DNA of 24,591 nucleotides from a virus (taxonomy: Duplodnaviria > Caudoviricetes): positions 1 to 24,591 of IMG/VR virus record IMGVR_UViG_3300026511_000026. The stretch is one strand, 5' to 3'. The notes below the pieces were generated by a model. The model did no database searches. It had not been told where the DNA came from and saw only the letters and a program-made list of their open reading frames with translations. Of the stretch, positions 7,635 to 17,390 are shown one piece after another. Positions within the stretch are counted from its first letter, which is position 1, and the number at the start of each line of letters is the position of its first letter. The translations under genes were made by a program, and so were the position numbers.

Positions 7635-7642
7635 CAAATATA
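7635..7642 (-). promoter_or_regulatory. Bacteroidota -7 promoter element (TATATTTG) for the minus-strand gene
   Basis: + strand CAAATATA reads TATATTTG on the minus strand, 20 nt upstream of ATG 7614; -33 element not canonical. Confidence 0.5.
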
Positions 7643-7652
7643 AGCTAATATA

Positions 7653-8351
7653 ATGAAAAAAATTGAAATAAATACAGATTTATTAAAGTCTGACTTAAAT
7701 GAAAATATAAAAAATAGTAGTTGGAGTAACATACTCTTACCTTATATTAATAGTGAAGCTTTTGATAAGATTATAAATACTTTAGTTAATAATGTAAATG
7801 AAGGTAAACGCTTTACACCTAAGTTTAAAGATATATTTAATGGTTTTTATGAATGCCCTTATGAAGATCTTAAAGTTGTCATAGTAGGTCAAGATCCATA
7901 CCCACAATTAGGTGTAGCTGACGGAATTGCATTTAGCTGTAGTAAAAAAGGTAAAACAGAAAAGTCATTGCAGTATATTTTTAAAAGTTTATATGGTAAG
8001 CATGAAGGTTATAATAATGATTTAAGACGTTGGTCTAACCAGGGTGTTTTATTAATTAATACAGCTTTTACCTGTGAGATTAATAAAATTGGTTCTCATT
8101 ACTCTATATGGAAAATGTTTACAGAGTATATATTTAGTAGCATAAATAAATATAACCCTAATACTATATTTATACTTATGGGTAAAAAAGCGGAGTCATG
8201 GCAAACATTATTACCAAATTGTACAATTCTTAAATGTGCACACCCAGCATCAGCAGCATATAGAGGTGGTTTATGGAATTCAAATGATGTCTTTAATAAA
8301 GCAAATAAAATATTAGTAGATCAATCTAAAAGAATAATACAATGGTGGTAG
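7653..8351 (+). CDS. ung: Uracil-DNA glycosylase, family 1
   Basis: KVVIVGQDPYP, ADGIAFS, W..QGVLLIN.A.T, HPAS motifs. Confidence 0.95.
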   Translation: MKKIEINTDLLKSDLNENIKNSSWSNILLPYINSEAFDKIINTLVNNVNEGKRFTPKFKDIFNGFYECPYEDLKVVIVGQDPYPQLGVADGIAFSCSKKGKTEKSLQYIFKSLYGKHEGYNNDLRRWSNQGVLLINTAFTCEINKIGSHYSIWKMFTEYIFSSINKYNPNTIFILMGKKAESWQTLLPNCTILKCAHPASAAYRGGLWNSNDVFNKANKILVDQSKRIIQWW

Positions 8352-8806
8352 AAAATAAATTAACAGATAAAGACAAGAGAATTAAAAACTTTAAAGATAC
8401 TTTTTATAATTTATATGGTGTAAAACTGTATATTTATACTCCTTTAAAAAATCAGTCAATAATATCTATTAAAGCTTTTCATGATGCCGCTTTATCTGCA
8501 TTACATGAAAATAATCCAGATTTTATAAATATTGAACATTTAAGTTATAAACTTAAAACTAGACGTTTTGCTATATACGTTCAAGTAATGTGCTTTTTAG
8601 CTGTAAACGCTGGTCATACCAAAGTAGACGTAGGTAAGTTTTTAAAAAGACACCATGCGTCAGTCATTTACTCATGTACAGCAATTAAAGATGCATTTTC
8701 TACAAATGATGCTTTAATTTTATCAGCTTATAACAGCACTTTAAAAAAATTAAAAAACTATGTGGGATCTATTCCAGAAAATAATAAAAGCAAATCTAAC
8801 ACCTAA
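8342..8806 (+). CDS. Protein with DnaA domain IV-like helix-turn-helix (Bac_DnaA_C-like)
   Basis: QVMCFLA......KVDVGKFLKRHHASVIYSC resembles the DnaA RQIAMYL...IG..F.GRDHTTV.HA motif; no AAA+ domain. Confidence 0.6.
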   Translation: MVVENKLTDKDKRIKNFKDTFYNLYGVKLYIYTPLKNQSIISIKAFHDAALSALHENNPDFINIEHLSYKLKTRRFAIYVQVMCFLAVNAGHTKVDVGKFLKRHHASVIYSCTAIKDAFSTNDALILSAYNSTLKKLKNYVGSIPENNKSKSNT

Positions 8807-9350
8807 TGAAAGTTTAATATTATTTAGCATGAAGCAGAAAGTATCTCTGCCTTTACTAGATCAAAAGGATAAAATTAGTTTAGTTAATAAAGGATTTCTT
8901 GAATTAAAAGATAAAAAATATATAATGACAAGTCAATCAAAAGCAATATGTGCTAGACTTGATAGTTACTTTATAAAAGCAAAGAAAAAAACTGATATTC
9001 AATTGATGGGTAAAAATTTTGCTGAAAGGATAAGCAACTATAGAGAAGTATTTCCAGCTAAAAAATTACCAAGTGGTAAACCAGCAAGAAATAACATTAA
9101 AGCTTTAGGAGAGGCCTTTAGATGGTTTTTTGAAACTTATGATTATACATGGGATCAGGTACATCAAGCTACTAGAATGTATGTTAATGAATATAGAGAT
9201 GCAGATTATATGTATATGCAAACTAGTCAGTACTTTATATGTAAGCAAGATAAGCACAGGGTAAAGCACTCTACATTAGCTGATTACTGTGATATGATAA
9301 TAGATGGTGTAAGTACAGAAGATGAACATTTTAAAGAAAACGTAGTATGA
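8760..9350 (+). CDS. Putative replication initiator / helicase-associated wHTH protein
   Basis: N-terminal wHTH-like segment (LTPNE.LIL...LVNKGFLE...YIMT); ATGA-coupled to dnaB; function is inference. Confidence 0.45.
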   Translation: MWDLFQKIIKANLTPNESLILFSMKQKVSLPLLDQKDKISLVNKGFLELKDKKYIMTSQSKAICARLDSYFIKAKKKTDIQLMGKNFAERISNYREVFPAKKLPSGKPARNNIKALGEAFRWFFETYDYTWDQVHQATRMYVNEYRDADYMYMQTSQYFICKQDKHRVKHSTLADYCDMIIDGVSTEDEHFKENVV

Positions 9351-10303
9351 GTAAACCAACACCAGCATGGGTGGGCCAATATACAGCCTTCAATGATGCA
9401 CTGAAATATATGTATGCCAGATCTACTGGTGAAGAGAAGTCAATATATACTCCTTGGCCTAAATTTAATGATGCAGCTACTGATGGTTTAGAGTGGAATA
9501 CACTTACTGTCATTGGTGGTAGACCTGGTTCAGGTAAGACTTTAATAAAAGATCAAATTATAAGAGAGTCTTTTGCATTAAATCCTCATGATAAGTTTAG
9601 AGTATTAGAATTTCAATTTGAAATGGTTGGTAGAACTTCTGCAATTAGAGAGTTTAGTTCTATTACAGGTAAAACATATAAAGAATTATGTAGTGCGGGT
9701 AGTATACTAACTACAGATACTTTAAATAAATGTCATCAGTATGCAAAAGAAAGAGTTAAAAATCCAGTAGATATAATAAGTACACCAATGACTGTTAATC
9801 AGATGCGTGATCAAATAGATAAGTATATGAATTTACATAAAGGTGTAAAGACTATGATAACTCTTGATCATACTATGTTAGTAAAAAGAGCTCCTTATCA
9901 AAATAATACATTAGATATGTTATTTGAATTAGGTGAGTTCTTTACACAATGTAAAAGAGATTACCCTGTATTGTTTATTGCTTTATCACAGTTAAACAGA
10001 AACATAGATAGTCCTGACAGAGCTATTGATGGTAAATATGGTAATTATATACTTGAGTCAGATATTTTTGGTTCAGATGCTATGCTGCAACATGCCGATA
10101 TGTTAATTGGTATTAATAGACCGGCTAAACAAAAGATTAGGTTCTATGGTCCAGATAGATATATCATTGAAAATGATAGAACACTTGTATTGCATTTTCT
10201 TAAAGCAAGAAATGGTGATGCAAGAATGAGTTTCTTTAAAGCTAAGTTTGAACAAATGAAAATAGAAGAAATGCAAACACCTGGACAACAGGATAGAAGG
10301 TAA
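9347..10303 (+). CDS. dnaB: DnaB-like replicative helicase (SF4), C-terminal motor domain only
   Basis: GGRPGSGKT, FEM, LDH, ALSQLNR, KARNG motifs. Confidence 0.92.
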   Translation: MSKPTPAWVGQYTAFNDALKYMYARSTGEEKSIYTPWPKFNDAATDGLEWNTLTVIGGRPGSGKTLIKDQIIRESFALNPHDKFRVLEFQFEMVGRTSAIREFSSITGKTYKELCSAGSILTTDTLNKCHQYAKERVKNPVDIISTPMTVNQMRDQIDKYMNLHKGVKTMITLDHTMLVKRAPYQNNTLDMLFELGEFFTQCKRDYPVLFIALSQLNRNIDSPDRAIDGKYGNYILESDIFGSDAMLQHADMLIGINRPAKQKIRFYGPDRYIIENDRTLVLHFLKARNGDARMSFFKAKFEQMKIEEMQTPGQQDRR

Positions 10304-10335
10304 CATTAATGAATTTATAACTAAATAACAATAAT

Positions 10336-10866
10336 ATGGGATTAACACCCTCAGAACGCAAAATTAAAGTTGCAAAGTTAAAAGAACAGCATGAAGATTA
10401 CTTTCAAACAGAAGGTAAGATAAATGCATTATATATTCCTAAGATGGCATACAGACCATCTGGTAAAGATGAACTATACATAAGTTTCTTTCCAAGTGAA
10501 CTTGAAAAAGAAATAGATGTATATACAGAATTTGTAAGTATTGATTATGATTCTGAAGATCCAAAGAGGACTCTATATTTACTTAAATATAATCCACACT
10601 GGAAATCTGAATACGAATTAATCACAAGTAATTCTGGATTTCAAAGACATATGGTCCCTGTAAATGAATTAAAGGTTATTAATGATATAACTTCTAGAGG
10701 AAAATCTATTATAGAAGAACCTAAATTTGTAGCAGATATAGGTAAAACGTTATTTGATTTGCCGAATCCTGATGAAGGATCAACCACTGTTCTTGTAGAT
10801 AAGCTTGAAGAGATCAATCAAACATTAATCACACTAACCAAAGTAATCAATAAATTTAATAAATAA
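10336..10866 (+). CDS. Hypothetical protein
   Basis: 176-aa ORF in replication operon; C-terminal coiled-coil-like segment. Confidence 0.75.
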   Translation: MGLTPSERKIKVAKLKEQHEDYFQTEGKINALYIPKMAYRPSGKDELYISFFPSELEKEIDVYTEFVSIDYDSEDPKRTLYLLKYNPHWKSEYELITSNSGFQRHMVPVNELKVINDITSRGKSIIEEPKFVADIGKTLFDLPNPDEGSTTVLVDKLEEINQTLITLTKVINKFNK

Positions 10867-10869
10867 ATC

Positions 10870-11553
10870 ATGGCAAACAGCGTATTAGTTATTGCTGATT
10901 CAGGTACAGGAAAGTCTACTTCAATCAGAACATTAAACCCAAAAGAGACTTTTATTATAAATATAGCCAACAAACCTTTACCGTTTAAAGGTTGGAAGGG
11001 CATGTACAGTCAGATATCTAAGGATAATCCAAAAGGAAACTTGACATCTACAGCTACTGCACCTGGTATCATTAAAGCAATGAGGCATGTAAATGACAAA
11101 ATGGATCATATAAAAAACATTGTAATTGATGACTGGCAATATATGAGTTCTTTTGAATATTTTGATAGAGCCAATGAAAAAGGTTATGATAAATTTACTC
11201 AGATTGCAGCTAACTTAGCTCAAGTTGCTAAGTTACCTAAAGATCTAAGAGATGATTTAAATATATTTTTCTTGACTCACTCAGAAGATTCCACTGATAT
11301 AAATGGTAATAGAAAGATTAAAGCAAAAACAATAGGTAAGATGATTGATAACACTCTTACTCTAGAAGGTTTATTTTCTATAGTTCTTTTTGGTAAAGTA
11401 AATAAAGATGATGATGGTGTACTTCAATACGGTTTTGAAACTCAAAACTCAGGAGAAAACACATGTAAATCACCAATGGGTATGTTTGAAGATTTATTTA
11501 TTCCTAATGATCTTCAATTTGTAAAAGATTGTATTGATAAGTACAATAAATAA
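10870..11553 (+). CDS. Sak4-like / AAA_24 P-loop ATPase (putative ssDNA annealing recombinase)
   Basis: ADSGTGKST, KPLPFKG, IVIDDWQY, KTIGKMID, CKSPMGMF, IPNDL motifs. Confidence 0.82.
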   Translation: MANSVLVIADSGTGKSTSIRTLNPKETFIINIANKPLPFKGWKGMYSQISKDNPKGNLTSTATAPGIIKAMRHVNDKMDHIKNIVIDDWQYMSSFEYFDRANEKGYDKFTQIAANLAQVAKLPKDLRDDLNIFFLTHSEDSTDINGNRKIKAKTIGKMIDNTLTLEGLFSIVLFGKVNKDDDGVLQYGFETQNSGENTCKSPMGMFEDLFIPNDLQFVKDCIDKYNK

Positions 11554-11576
11554 TTAATTAATTAATAAACTAAATT

Positions 11577-12251
11577 ATGTTAAACACTAAAGACATGTCT
11601 GCTGGAACAGGCAAAGCTAAACCAGTAATTGGAACAGGCAATCAAAAAATTAAGATCAATTCTATTACATTTGATCAAACTCCATATGATATGGATGCAT
11701 ACAACATTACACTTCATGTAGAAAGTGAGCCTATGGGTGGTGATTTTAATGGCTTTTTAAAAGATGTTAATAATCCAAGTGGACCACGCTTTGAAGGTCA
11801 AGTTGGTAGAGTAAGGTTCTCTCCTTATCCATTTAAAGATACTACATTACCTAATGGCAATGAGATTATTCGTGATAATGAAGTATTAAAAGCAATGATA
11901 TTTTTATCAGAAACTGTTAATAAAAGAGAAGAACTAGATTCTATTGAAGCTTCTACTATAGAAGAGTTTATGAGTAAAGCTTCAGGTATTTGTTCTAATA
12001 CAGGATATATAAACGCATGTCTTGGAGCAAGAGAATGGGAAAATAGAGAAGGTTATGTAAATAATGATTTATTTTTACCTAAAAGGACTAGAATGGGTAT
12101 TCCTTTAGAAGCTCTTGATGTAGAGGATTCTAAACTTACAGTTTTTGATAAAACTGATAGCAATCATTTTAGGCCTTTTATTAAAAAAGAACCTGCTGTT
12201 GTTAATAGTTTTGAACCAAGTTCTACTTCAGGATCTGATTTTGAACTGTAA
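11577..12251 (+). CDS. Putative phage ssDNA-binding protein (Sak4 partner)
   Basis: Lies directly after the Sak4-like gene; beta-rich; flexible tail ending SDFEL. Confidence 0.5.
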   Translation: MLNTKDMSAGTGKAKPVIGTGNQKIKINSITFDQTPYDMDAYNITLHVESEPMGGDFNGFLKDVNNPSGPRFEGQVGRVRFSPYPFKDTTLPNGNEIIRDNEVLKAMIFLSETVNKREELDSIEASTIEEFMSKASGICSNTGYINACLGAREWENREGYVNNDLFLPKRTRMGIPLEALDVEDSKLTVFDKTDSNHFRPFIKKEPAVVNSFEPSSTSGSDFEL

Positions 12252-12267
12252 TATTATAAATTAATTT

Positions 12268-12301
12268 AAGTGGGTTCAATTAATTTTGAGCCCACTTTTT
12301 T
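12268..12301 (+). terminator. Rho-independent terminator
   Basis: AAGTGGGTTCAA...TTGAGCCCACTT stem running into a T run. Confidence 0.85.
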
Positions 12302-12315
12302 AATACATTAATTTT

Positions 12316-13293
12316 ATGTTTAATACTAAAAATTTTATAGATAAATGGGAAAATGTACCCAGTACTTGGGTTTTTGAACATTACCTAAATTTACCTGAAC
12401 TACTGATTGGTCAAGATATAAAAATCAAATCAGTATTTAATCCTATGGAAAAGACACCAAGTTTTTGCATATATGTAGATAAATCTATAATGCAGTATAA
12501 ATTTAAAGACTTTTCAACAGGTAAGGGTGGTAGTAAGATTGACTTAATAAAGTTTTTGTTTAACTTAGATGTTAATAATGCTATAACAAAACTGACATCA
12601 GATTATAATAAATATAATAGGTCATCACAAGTTATAAATAAAAAAGTTAAATCTATAAATAGATGGAAAGTTGACTTTATAAAAAAAAGACAGTGGACTA
12701 AGCTTGATAAAGACTTCTGGTTAAGCTTTAGAATAGGGAAGACATTATTAACTGAATATAACGTCAATCCAATTGAATATTATAATTTAATTAAAGATGG
12801 GTCAGACAAAATAGAATCACTTACAATAAACCCTAAGTGTGGCTATGGTTACTTTGATAAAGATAATGATGTATACAAGATATATCAACCTTTTAACAGA
12901 AAGTACAAATTCTGTAAAGTTAAATCTTATCTGCAAGGTAAAGATCAGCTATCATATAACAAGCCATATTTAGTTATTTGTTCATCACTTAAAGATGCAA
13001 TGTGCCTTAAAAGTATTGGTTACAATATTGATGTAATTAGTCCTGATTCAGAAAATACTATCATTAAACCTCATGTTATTCAAAACTTTAAGAATAAATA
13101 TCAAAAAGTAATTACATTATTTGATAATGATGATGCAGGCAAGAAAGCTGTAAAAGTTTATCATGATAGATATAATATTCATGGATTTGTACCTACTATA
13201 TGTAAAGATGTATCAGATGCTATGAAGGAACATGGTTTTGATAAAGTACATAAAATGTTAAAGCCTTTATTAAAACAAACTTTAAATAAATAA
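12316..13293 (+). CDS. DnaG-type (TOPRIM) DNA primase, crAss-like variant
   Basis: EKTPSF...FKDFSTG N-terminal domain; SSLKD; LFDNDDAG (DxD); KDVSD. Confidence 0.85.
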   Translation: MFNTKNFIDKWENVPSTWVFEHYLNLPELLIGQDIKIKSVFNPMEKTPSFCIYVDKSIMQYKFKDFSTGKGGSKIDLIKFLFNLDVNNAITKLTSDYNKYNRSSQVINKKVKSINRWKVDFIKKRQWTKLDKDFWLSFRIGKTLLTEYNVNPIEYYNLIKDGSDKIESLTINPKCGYGYFDKDNDVYKIYQPFNRKYKFCKVKSYLQGKDQLSYNKPYLVICSSLKDAMCLKSIGYNIDVISPDSENTIIKPHVIQNFKNKYQKVITLFDNDDAGKKAVKVYHDRYNIHGFVPTICKDVSDAMKEHGFDKVHKMLKPLLKQTLNK

Positions 13294-13295
13294 TT

Positions 13296-13754
13296 ATGAA
13301 ATGGTTTATACCAGGTAATGTACCAAGCTCAAAGAATGGGCGTAGATGGACAGGAAAGTATTTTATTGCTAGTAAAGCTGTAATGAATTATCGTAAAAAT
13401 ACAAAAGAGTATTATCAAAAGTATACTTCTGAGTTTCAAGAAGAAATTAAAAAGTATATACTTCCTATTAAAATTGGTTTTACATTTATTAGGGGATCTC
13501 GTCATAAATTTGATTATATTAATCCTGCACAAACAGTGCAAGATGATATGACCAAATATAAATGGATTGAAGATGATAATGCTGATAACATAAACCCTAT
13601 GTTTTATGAATATGAGTATAATAAAGATAATCCAGGTGTATATATAGAAATATTAAAAGAAAATAGTTTAAAAGATAATGAAAGATCAGGAAATACAAAA
13701 AAGATTGAAACAAGTTCTTCTAATAGCAAAACTAAAAGATCTAGGAGTAAGTGA
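13296..13754 (+). CDS. RusA-like Holliday junction resolvase
   Basis: IPGNVPSSKN start; FDYIN....VQD.M....WIEDDN motif. Confidence 0.7.
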   Translation: MKWFIPGNVPSSKNGRRWTGKYFIASKAVMNYRKNTKEYYQKYTSEFQEEIKKYILPIKIGFTFIRGSRHKFDYINPAQTVQDDMTKYKWIEDDNADNINPMFYEYEYNKDNPGVYIEILKENSLKDNERSGNTKKIETSSSNSKTKRSRSK

Positions 13755-14070
13755 AGTTGAAATAACTTTTTCAGGCTCCGGAGATAGTGGTGATATAGAC
13801 GATATAATTTATAGATACAAGAGTAAGAATAAGAAAAGTAATATAAGTTATTACATATCATCAAAAATTAAAAATAGTGAGGAAAACATACTCATGCAAT
13901 TGGCAATAGATATAATTGATAGTAAAATAGATACAGCTGGTGATTTGGTTAATAACAAAGGCTCTTATGCTTCAATATATATTGATGTTTATAAACAAAG
14001 CTATGATTTATCATACAATAGACTAGTTGTACAAGAAAAGAATTATTCAAATGAAATGTTATTTACATGA
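13678..14070 (+). CDS. Hypothetical protein (DUF6878-like, from memory)
   Basis: VEITFSGSGDSGDID motif. Confidence 0.55.
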   Translation: MKDQEIQKRLKQVLLIAKLKDLGVSEVEITFSGSGDSGDIDDIIYRYKSKNKKSNISYYISSKIKNSEENILMQLAIDIIDSKIDTAGDLVNNKGSYASIYIDVYKQSYDLSYNRLVVQEKNYSNEMLFT

Positions 14071-14090
14071 TATAGATTAATTAAAAAATT

Positions 14091-14528
14091 ATGGTGAAAG
14101 AATTCAAAGTTTCAGATTTTAAAAATTTAAAAGAATTATTAAACGCATCTCATGAAGATGACATAAGTATTGGGTTAAAAAATATAAAAAGTATGGGCTT
14201 AGATCCAATATACATACTTATGTTAATTAAAGCATCTAATGAATATACAAGAGAAAGAATATTAGATGAACATCAAGATATATTTTTGATAGATAAATTT
14301 TCTCATTATAAAAATAGATTAGATATAAATAAGCGTTTTGGTAGTCCTGTAGAAATAAATGATATATGCTGGGATAATCTATATAATACAATTAAAGATC
14401 ATTATTCAGATAATTCTGAAATCATTAAAATATTTACAGAACAGTTTACTAAAGAGTTAAGATCAACAATTACTAACATAATAAATTATAAATTTTTAGA
14501 TGATATTAAATTTAACATAGTATGGTAA
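14091..14528 (+). CDS. Hypothetical protein sharing a DD helical motif with 17391 and 18433
   Basis: DFKNLKELLNASHEDDISIGLKNI. Confidence 0.7.
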   Translation: MVKEFKVSDFKNLKELLNASHEDDISIGLKNIKSMGLDPIYILMLIKASNEYTRERILDEHQDIFLIDKFSHYKNRLDINKRFGSPVEINDICWDNLYNTIKDHYSDNSEIIKIFTEQFTKELRSTITNIINYKFLDDIKFNIVW

Positions 14529-15685
14529 ACATACAAGATCAGGTTGCAAGAACAACCAAAAAGTTAATATTCACAGAGCCTTTTTACGGGCTCTTTTTAA
14601 TTGGTATCAATAAACAATACAGTAAACGTATTTCTACGGCAGGAGTAAGTAAAAAAGGTATTGGTATGCAATTAACTATAAACCCAGAGTTCTTTAATGA
14701 ACTTAGTGAGGATCATAGGTTTGGATTAATAAAGCATGAGCTATTGCATATTGCATTTGGTCACTTATTACTAAGAGACTTATATTCTAATCACAAGTTA
14801 TTTAATATAGCTGCTGATTTAGAAATCAACCAGTACATACTGGAAAGTAAATTGCCTGATGGTGGTTTATTATTATCAAGTTTTCCAGAGCTAAAGCTTC
14901 CTATTAAAGCAGGTACTAAAAAGTATTATGAGCTTTTAGAACAAGCTCAGGAAGATGGAACATCACCGTCTTTGGATAACTTAATGGATCAAATGGATGG
15001 TGAATCACAATATTGTCATAGTACATGGGAAGAATTTGATAACTTACCAGAAGCTGATAAAAAATTGATGCAAAAACAAATAGAGCATCAACTAAAAGAA
15101 TCAGCTGAGCAAACAGAAAAGAGACAAGGCTCTATTCCTGGTGAACTTTCTGATTTAATTGAGAGATTAAGGCATATTGAACCAGCTAAATTTGACTGGA
15201 AAGGTTACCTAAGAAGATTTGTAGGTAATTCTAGTATAGTTTATACTAAGAAACTAAGACGTAAATATAACAAACGTTATTCTGGTAGTCCCGGGCTTAA
15301 GATTAAATTTAAGAATCATATACTAGTTGGTGTTGACACAAGTGGATCTGTAAACAATGATGAGTTAAAAGAATTCTTTAATGAATTAGCTCACATGCAT
15401 AAAACAGGTCATAAGATTACAATTGCACAGTGTGATACCAGCTTGAATAGTGTAAAAGAATTTAATCCAAAAAGAGATTGGGAAATACACGGTCGTGGTG
15501 GAACAAGTTTTCAACCAGTAATTGATCACTTTAATGAAAAGAGAGGGCTTTATACAGCTCTAGTATATTTAACAGATGGTGAAGCAAGTAATCCTGATGA
15601 TTGCCCTAAAAATACTTTATGGGTATTAAGCAGTATTTCTACTATAAACAATAGTTTACCAGGACAAGTAATAAAATTAAATTAA
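14522..15685 (+). CDS. Zincin-like metallopeptidase fused to vWA domain (DUF2201-type)
   Basis: HELLH (HExxH), NIAADLEIN, MIDAS DTSGS, GRGGTSF, YLTDG. Confidence 0.9.
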   Translation: MVNIQDQVARTTKKLIFTEPFYGLFLIGINKQYSKRISTAGVSKKGIGMQLTINPEFFNELSEDHRFGLIKHELLHIAFGHLLLRDLYSNHKLFNIAADLEINQYILESKLPDGGLLLSSFPELKLPIKAGTKKYYELLEQAQEDGTSPSLDNLMDQMDGESQYCHSTWEEFDNLPEADKKLMQKQIEHQLKESAEQTEKRQGSIPGELSDLIERLRHIEPAKFDWKGYLRRFVGNSSIVYTKKLRRKYNKRYSGSPGLKIKFKNHILVGVDTSGSVNNDELKEFFNELAHMHKTGHKITIAQCDTSLNSVKEFNPKRDWEIHGRGGTSFQPVIDHFNEKRGLYTALVYLTDGEASNPDDCPKNTLWVLSSISTINNSLPGQVIKLN

Positions 15686-15686
15686 G

Positions 15687-16088
15687 ATGGGAAGATATTA
15701 TGAAGGTGATATTTATGGGAAGTTTGCTTTTGGATCTCAAGGAAGTAATGCTGCTGATAGATTTGGAGTAGTTGGAGTGCCAGATACTTTAAATTATTAC
15801 TTTGATATAAGTGATTTAGAAGTTCTTGAAACTGAACTTCATAGCATAGAGGATTCATTTAAAGATCACAAGCTAGCTCTTATAACATATTATGATTTAT
15901 TTAACTTAGATCATGATCATCAAACTTTAGATGATGATACACTTGATTTTCATCAATATATTAGTAAAGCAGGTCTATCGCCTCTAAATTCAGAAGAAAT
16001 TTCTGAGTACAATGATTATCATTTAGGTAGGAAAATATTAAAAAGTATTAAGGATCACGGATCTTGTAGTTTTACAGCAGAATTATAA
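15687..16088 (+). CDS. Hypothetical acidic protein
   Basis: MGRYY.GDI.GKFAFG.Q.S.AADRFG N-terminus; lies between the vWA and MoxR genes. Confidence 0.7.
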   Translation: MGRYYEGDIYGKFAFGSQGSNAADRFGVVGVPDTLNYYFDISDLEVLETELHSIEDSFKDHKLALITYYDLFNLDHDHQTLDDDTLDFHQYISKAGLSPLNSEEISEYNDYHLGRKILKSIKDHGSCSFTAEL

Positions 16089-16114
16089 ATAAAAATTAAT
16101 AAAATTAAATTAAA

Positions 16115-17386
16115 ATGGCACAAGTAAATTTAAATGCAACAGAATTAAAAGGATTTATAAATCATATAATAACAAACAACAGATACTTACAAAAGTCAGG
16201 TAAAAGTCCTGTATCTGTAGAAGTTGTAGGTGAATCTGGTATTGGTAAAACTTCTACTATAGTAGAACTTGCTAAGGAAAATGAATTGAAATTTGTAAAG
16301 TTAAATCTTGCACAAATAGAAGAATTAGGTGACTTAGTTGGTTTTCCAGTAAGGCAGTTTCAAATGTATAAGGAAAAGAAAGTAGCTGTAAAGCAACAAG
16401 ATAACATTTCCATGGTTACCGCTACACAAAGAGCAGCTGGAAATAGTTTAGCAAACTTAAATCAAACAGTTACAAAAAAAATTGGTCAATGGGTTGATGA
16501 ACTTGCAGTACAAGAGTATCTAAAGCAAGGGTTTAAGATGACTGGTAAGAATAGAATGTCTTATTGTGCACCTGAATGGATTGCTGATGCAAAATCTGGT
16601 GGTATCTTATTATTAGATGATTGGAACCGTGCAGACACAAGGTTTATTCAAGCTGTAATGGAGTTAATTGATAGACAAACCTATATTTCATGGACTCTAC
16701 CAAAAGATTGGCATATAATTTTAACAGCGAACCCAGATAACGGAGATTATATGGTTAACAGTGTAGATAGTGCACAGAAAACTAGATATGTAACTGCAAA
16801 TCTTAAGTTTGATGTTAATGTGTGGGCACAGTGGGCAGAAGGTGCTGGTATTGATACTAGATGTATTAATTTCTTGTTGCTTCATCCAGAGCTTGTAACA
16901 CAAGAAACAAATGCAAGATCTATTACTACATTTTTCAATTCAATTTCAAGCTTTGATTCATTTGAAAATAACTTATCATTAATTCAAATGATTGGAGAAG
17001 GTTCTGTTGGTGATGCTTTTGCTTCTATGTTTACAACTTTTATTAATAACAAACTCGATAAACTAGTGACACCTAAAGATTTACTAACTCATGATAGTGA
17101 ATCTTACATACTGGGAGAGCTTAGAAGTTGTATTGGTAAAGATGACAATTACCGTGCAGATATTGCATCAACATTGGCTACAAGATTAGGTAATTATGCT
17201 ATTGTTTACTCTAATGAGAATAAAATAGTACAAAAGATTACTGATAGGCTTAAAGCATTATGTACTGAAGATTATTTTACTAATGATCTTAAGTATTTAA
17301 TTGTACGTACAATTTTTAACGGTAACAAAAAGAAGTTTAATAAATTAATGATGATCCCTGAGATTGTTAAAATGACAATGAAATAA
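16115..17386 (+). CDS. MoxR-family AAA+ ATPase
   Basis: GESGIGKT, EELGDLVGFP, GILLLDDWNRA, LTANP, DSAQKTR (Arg finger). Confidence 0.88.
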   Translation: MAQVNLNATELKGFINHIITNNRYLQKSGKSPVSVEVVGESGIGKTSTIVELAKENELKFVKLNLAQIEELGDLVGFPVRQFQMYKEKKVAVKQQDNISMVTATQRAAGNSLANLNQTVTKKIGQWVDELAVQEYLKQGFKMTGKNRMSYCAPEWIADAKSGGILLLDDWNRADTRFIQAVMELIDRQTYISWTLPKDWHIILTANPDNGDYMVNSVDSAQKTRYVTANLKFDVNVWAQWAEGAGIDTRCINFLLLHPELVTQETNARSITTFFNSISSFDSFENNLSLIQMIGEGSVGDAFASMFTTFINNKLDKLVTPKDLLTHDSESYILGELRSCIGKDDNYRADIASTLATRLGNYAIVYSNENKIVQKITDRLKALCTEDYFTNDLKYLIVRTIFNGNKKKFNKLMMIPEIVKMTMK

Positions 17387-17390
17387 AATT

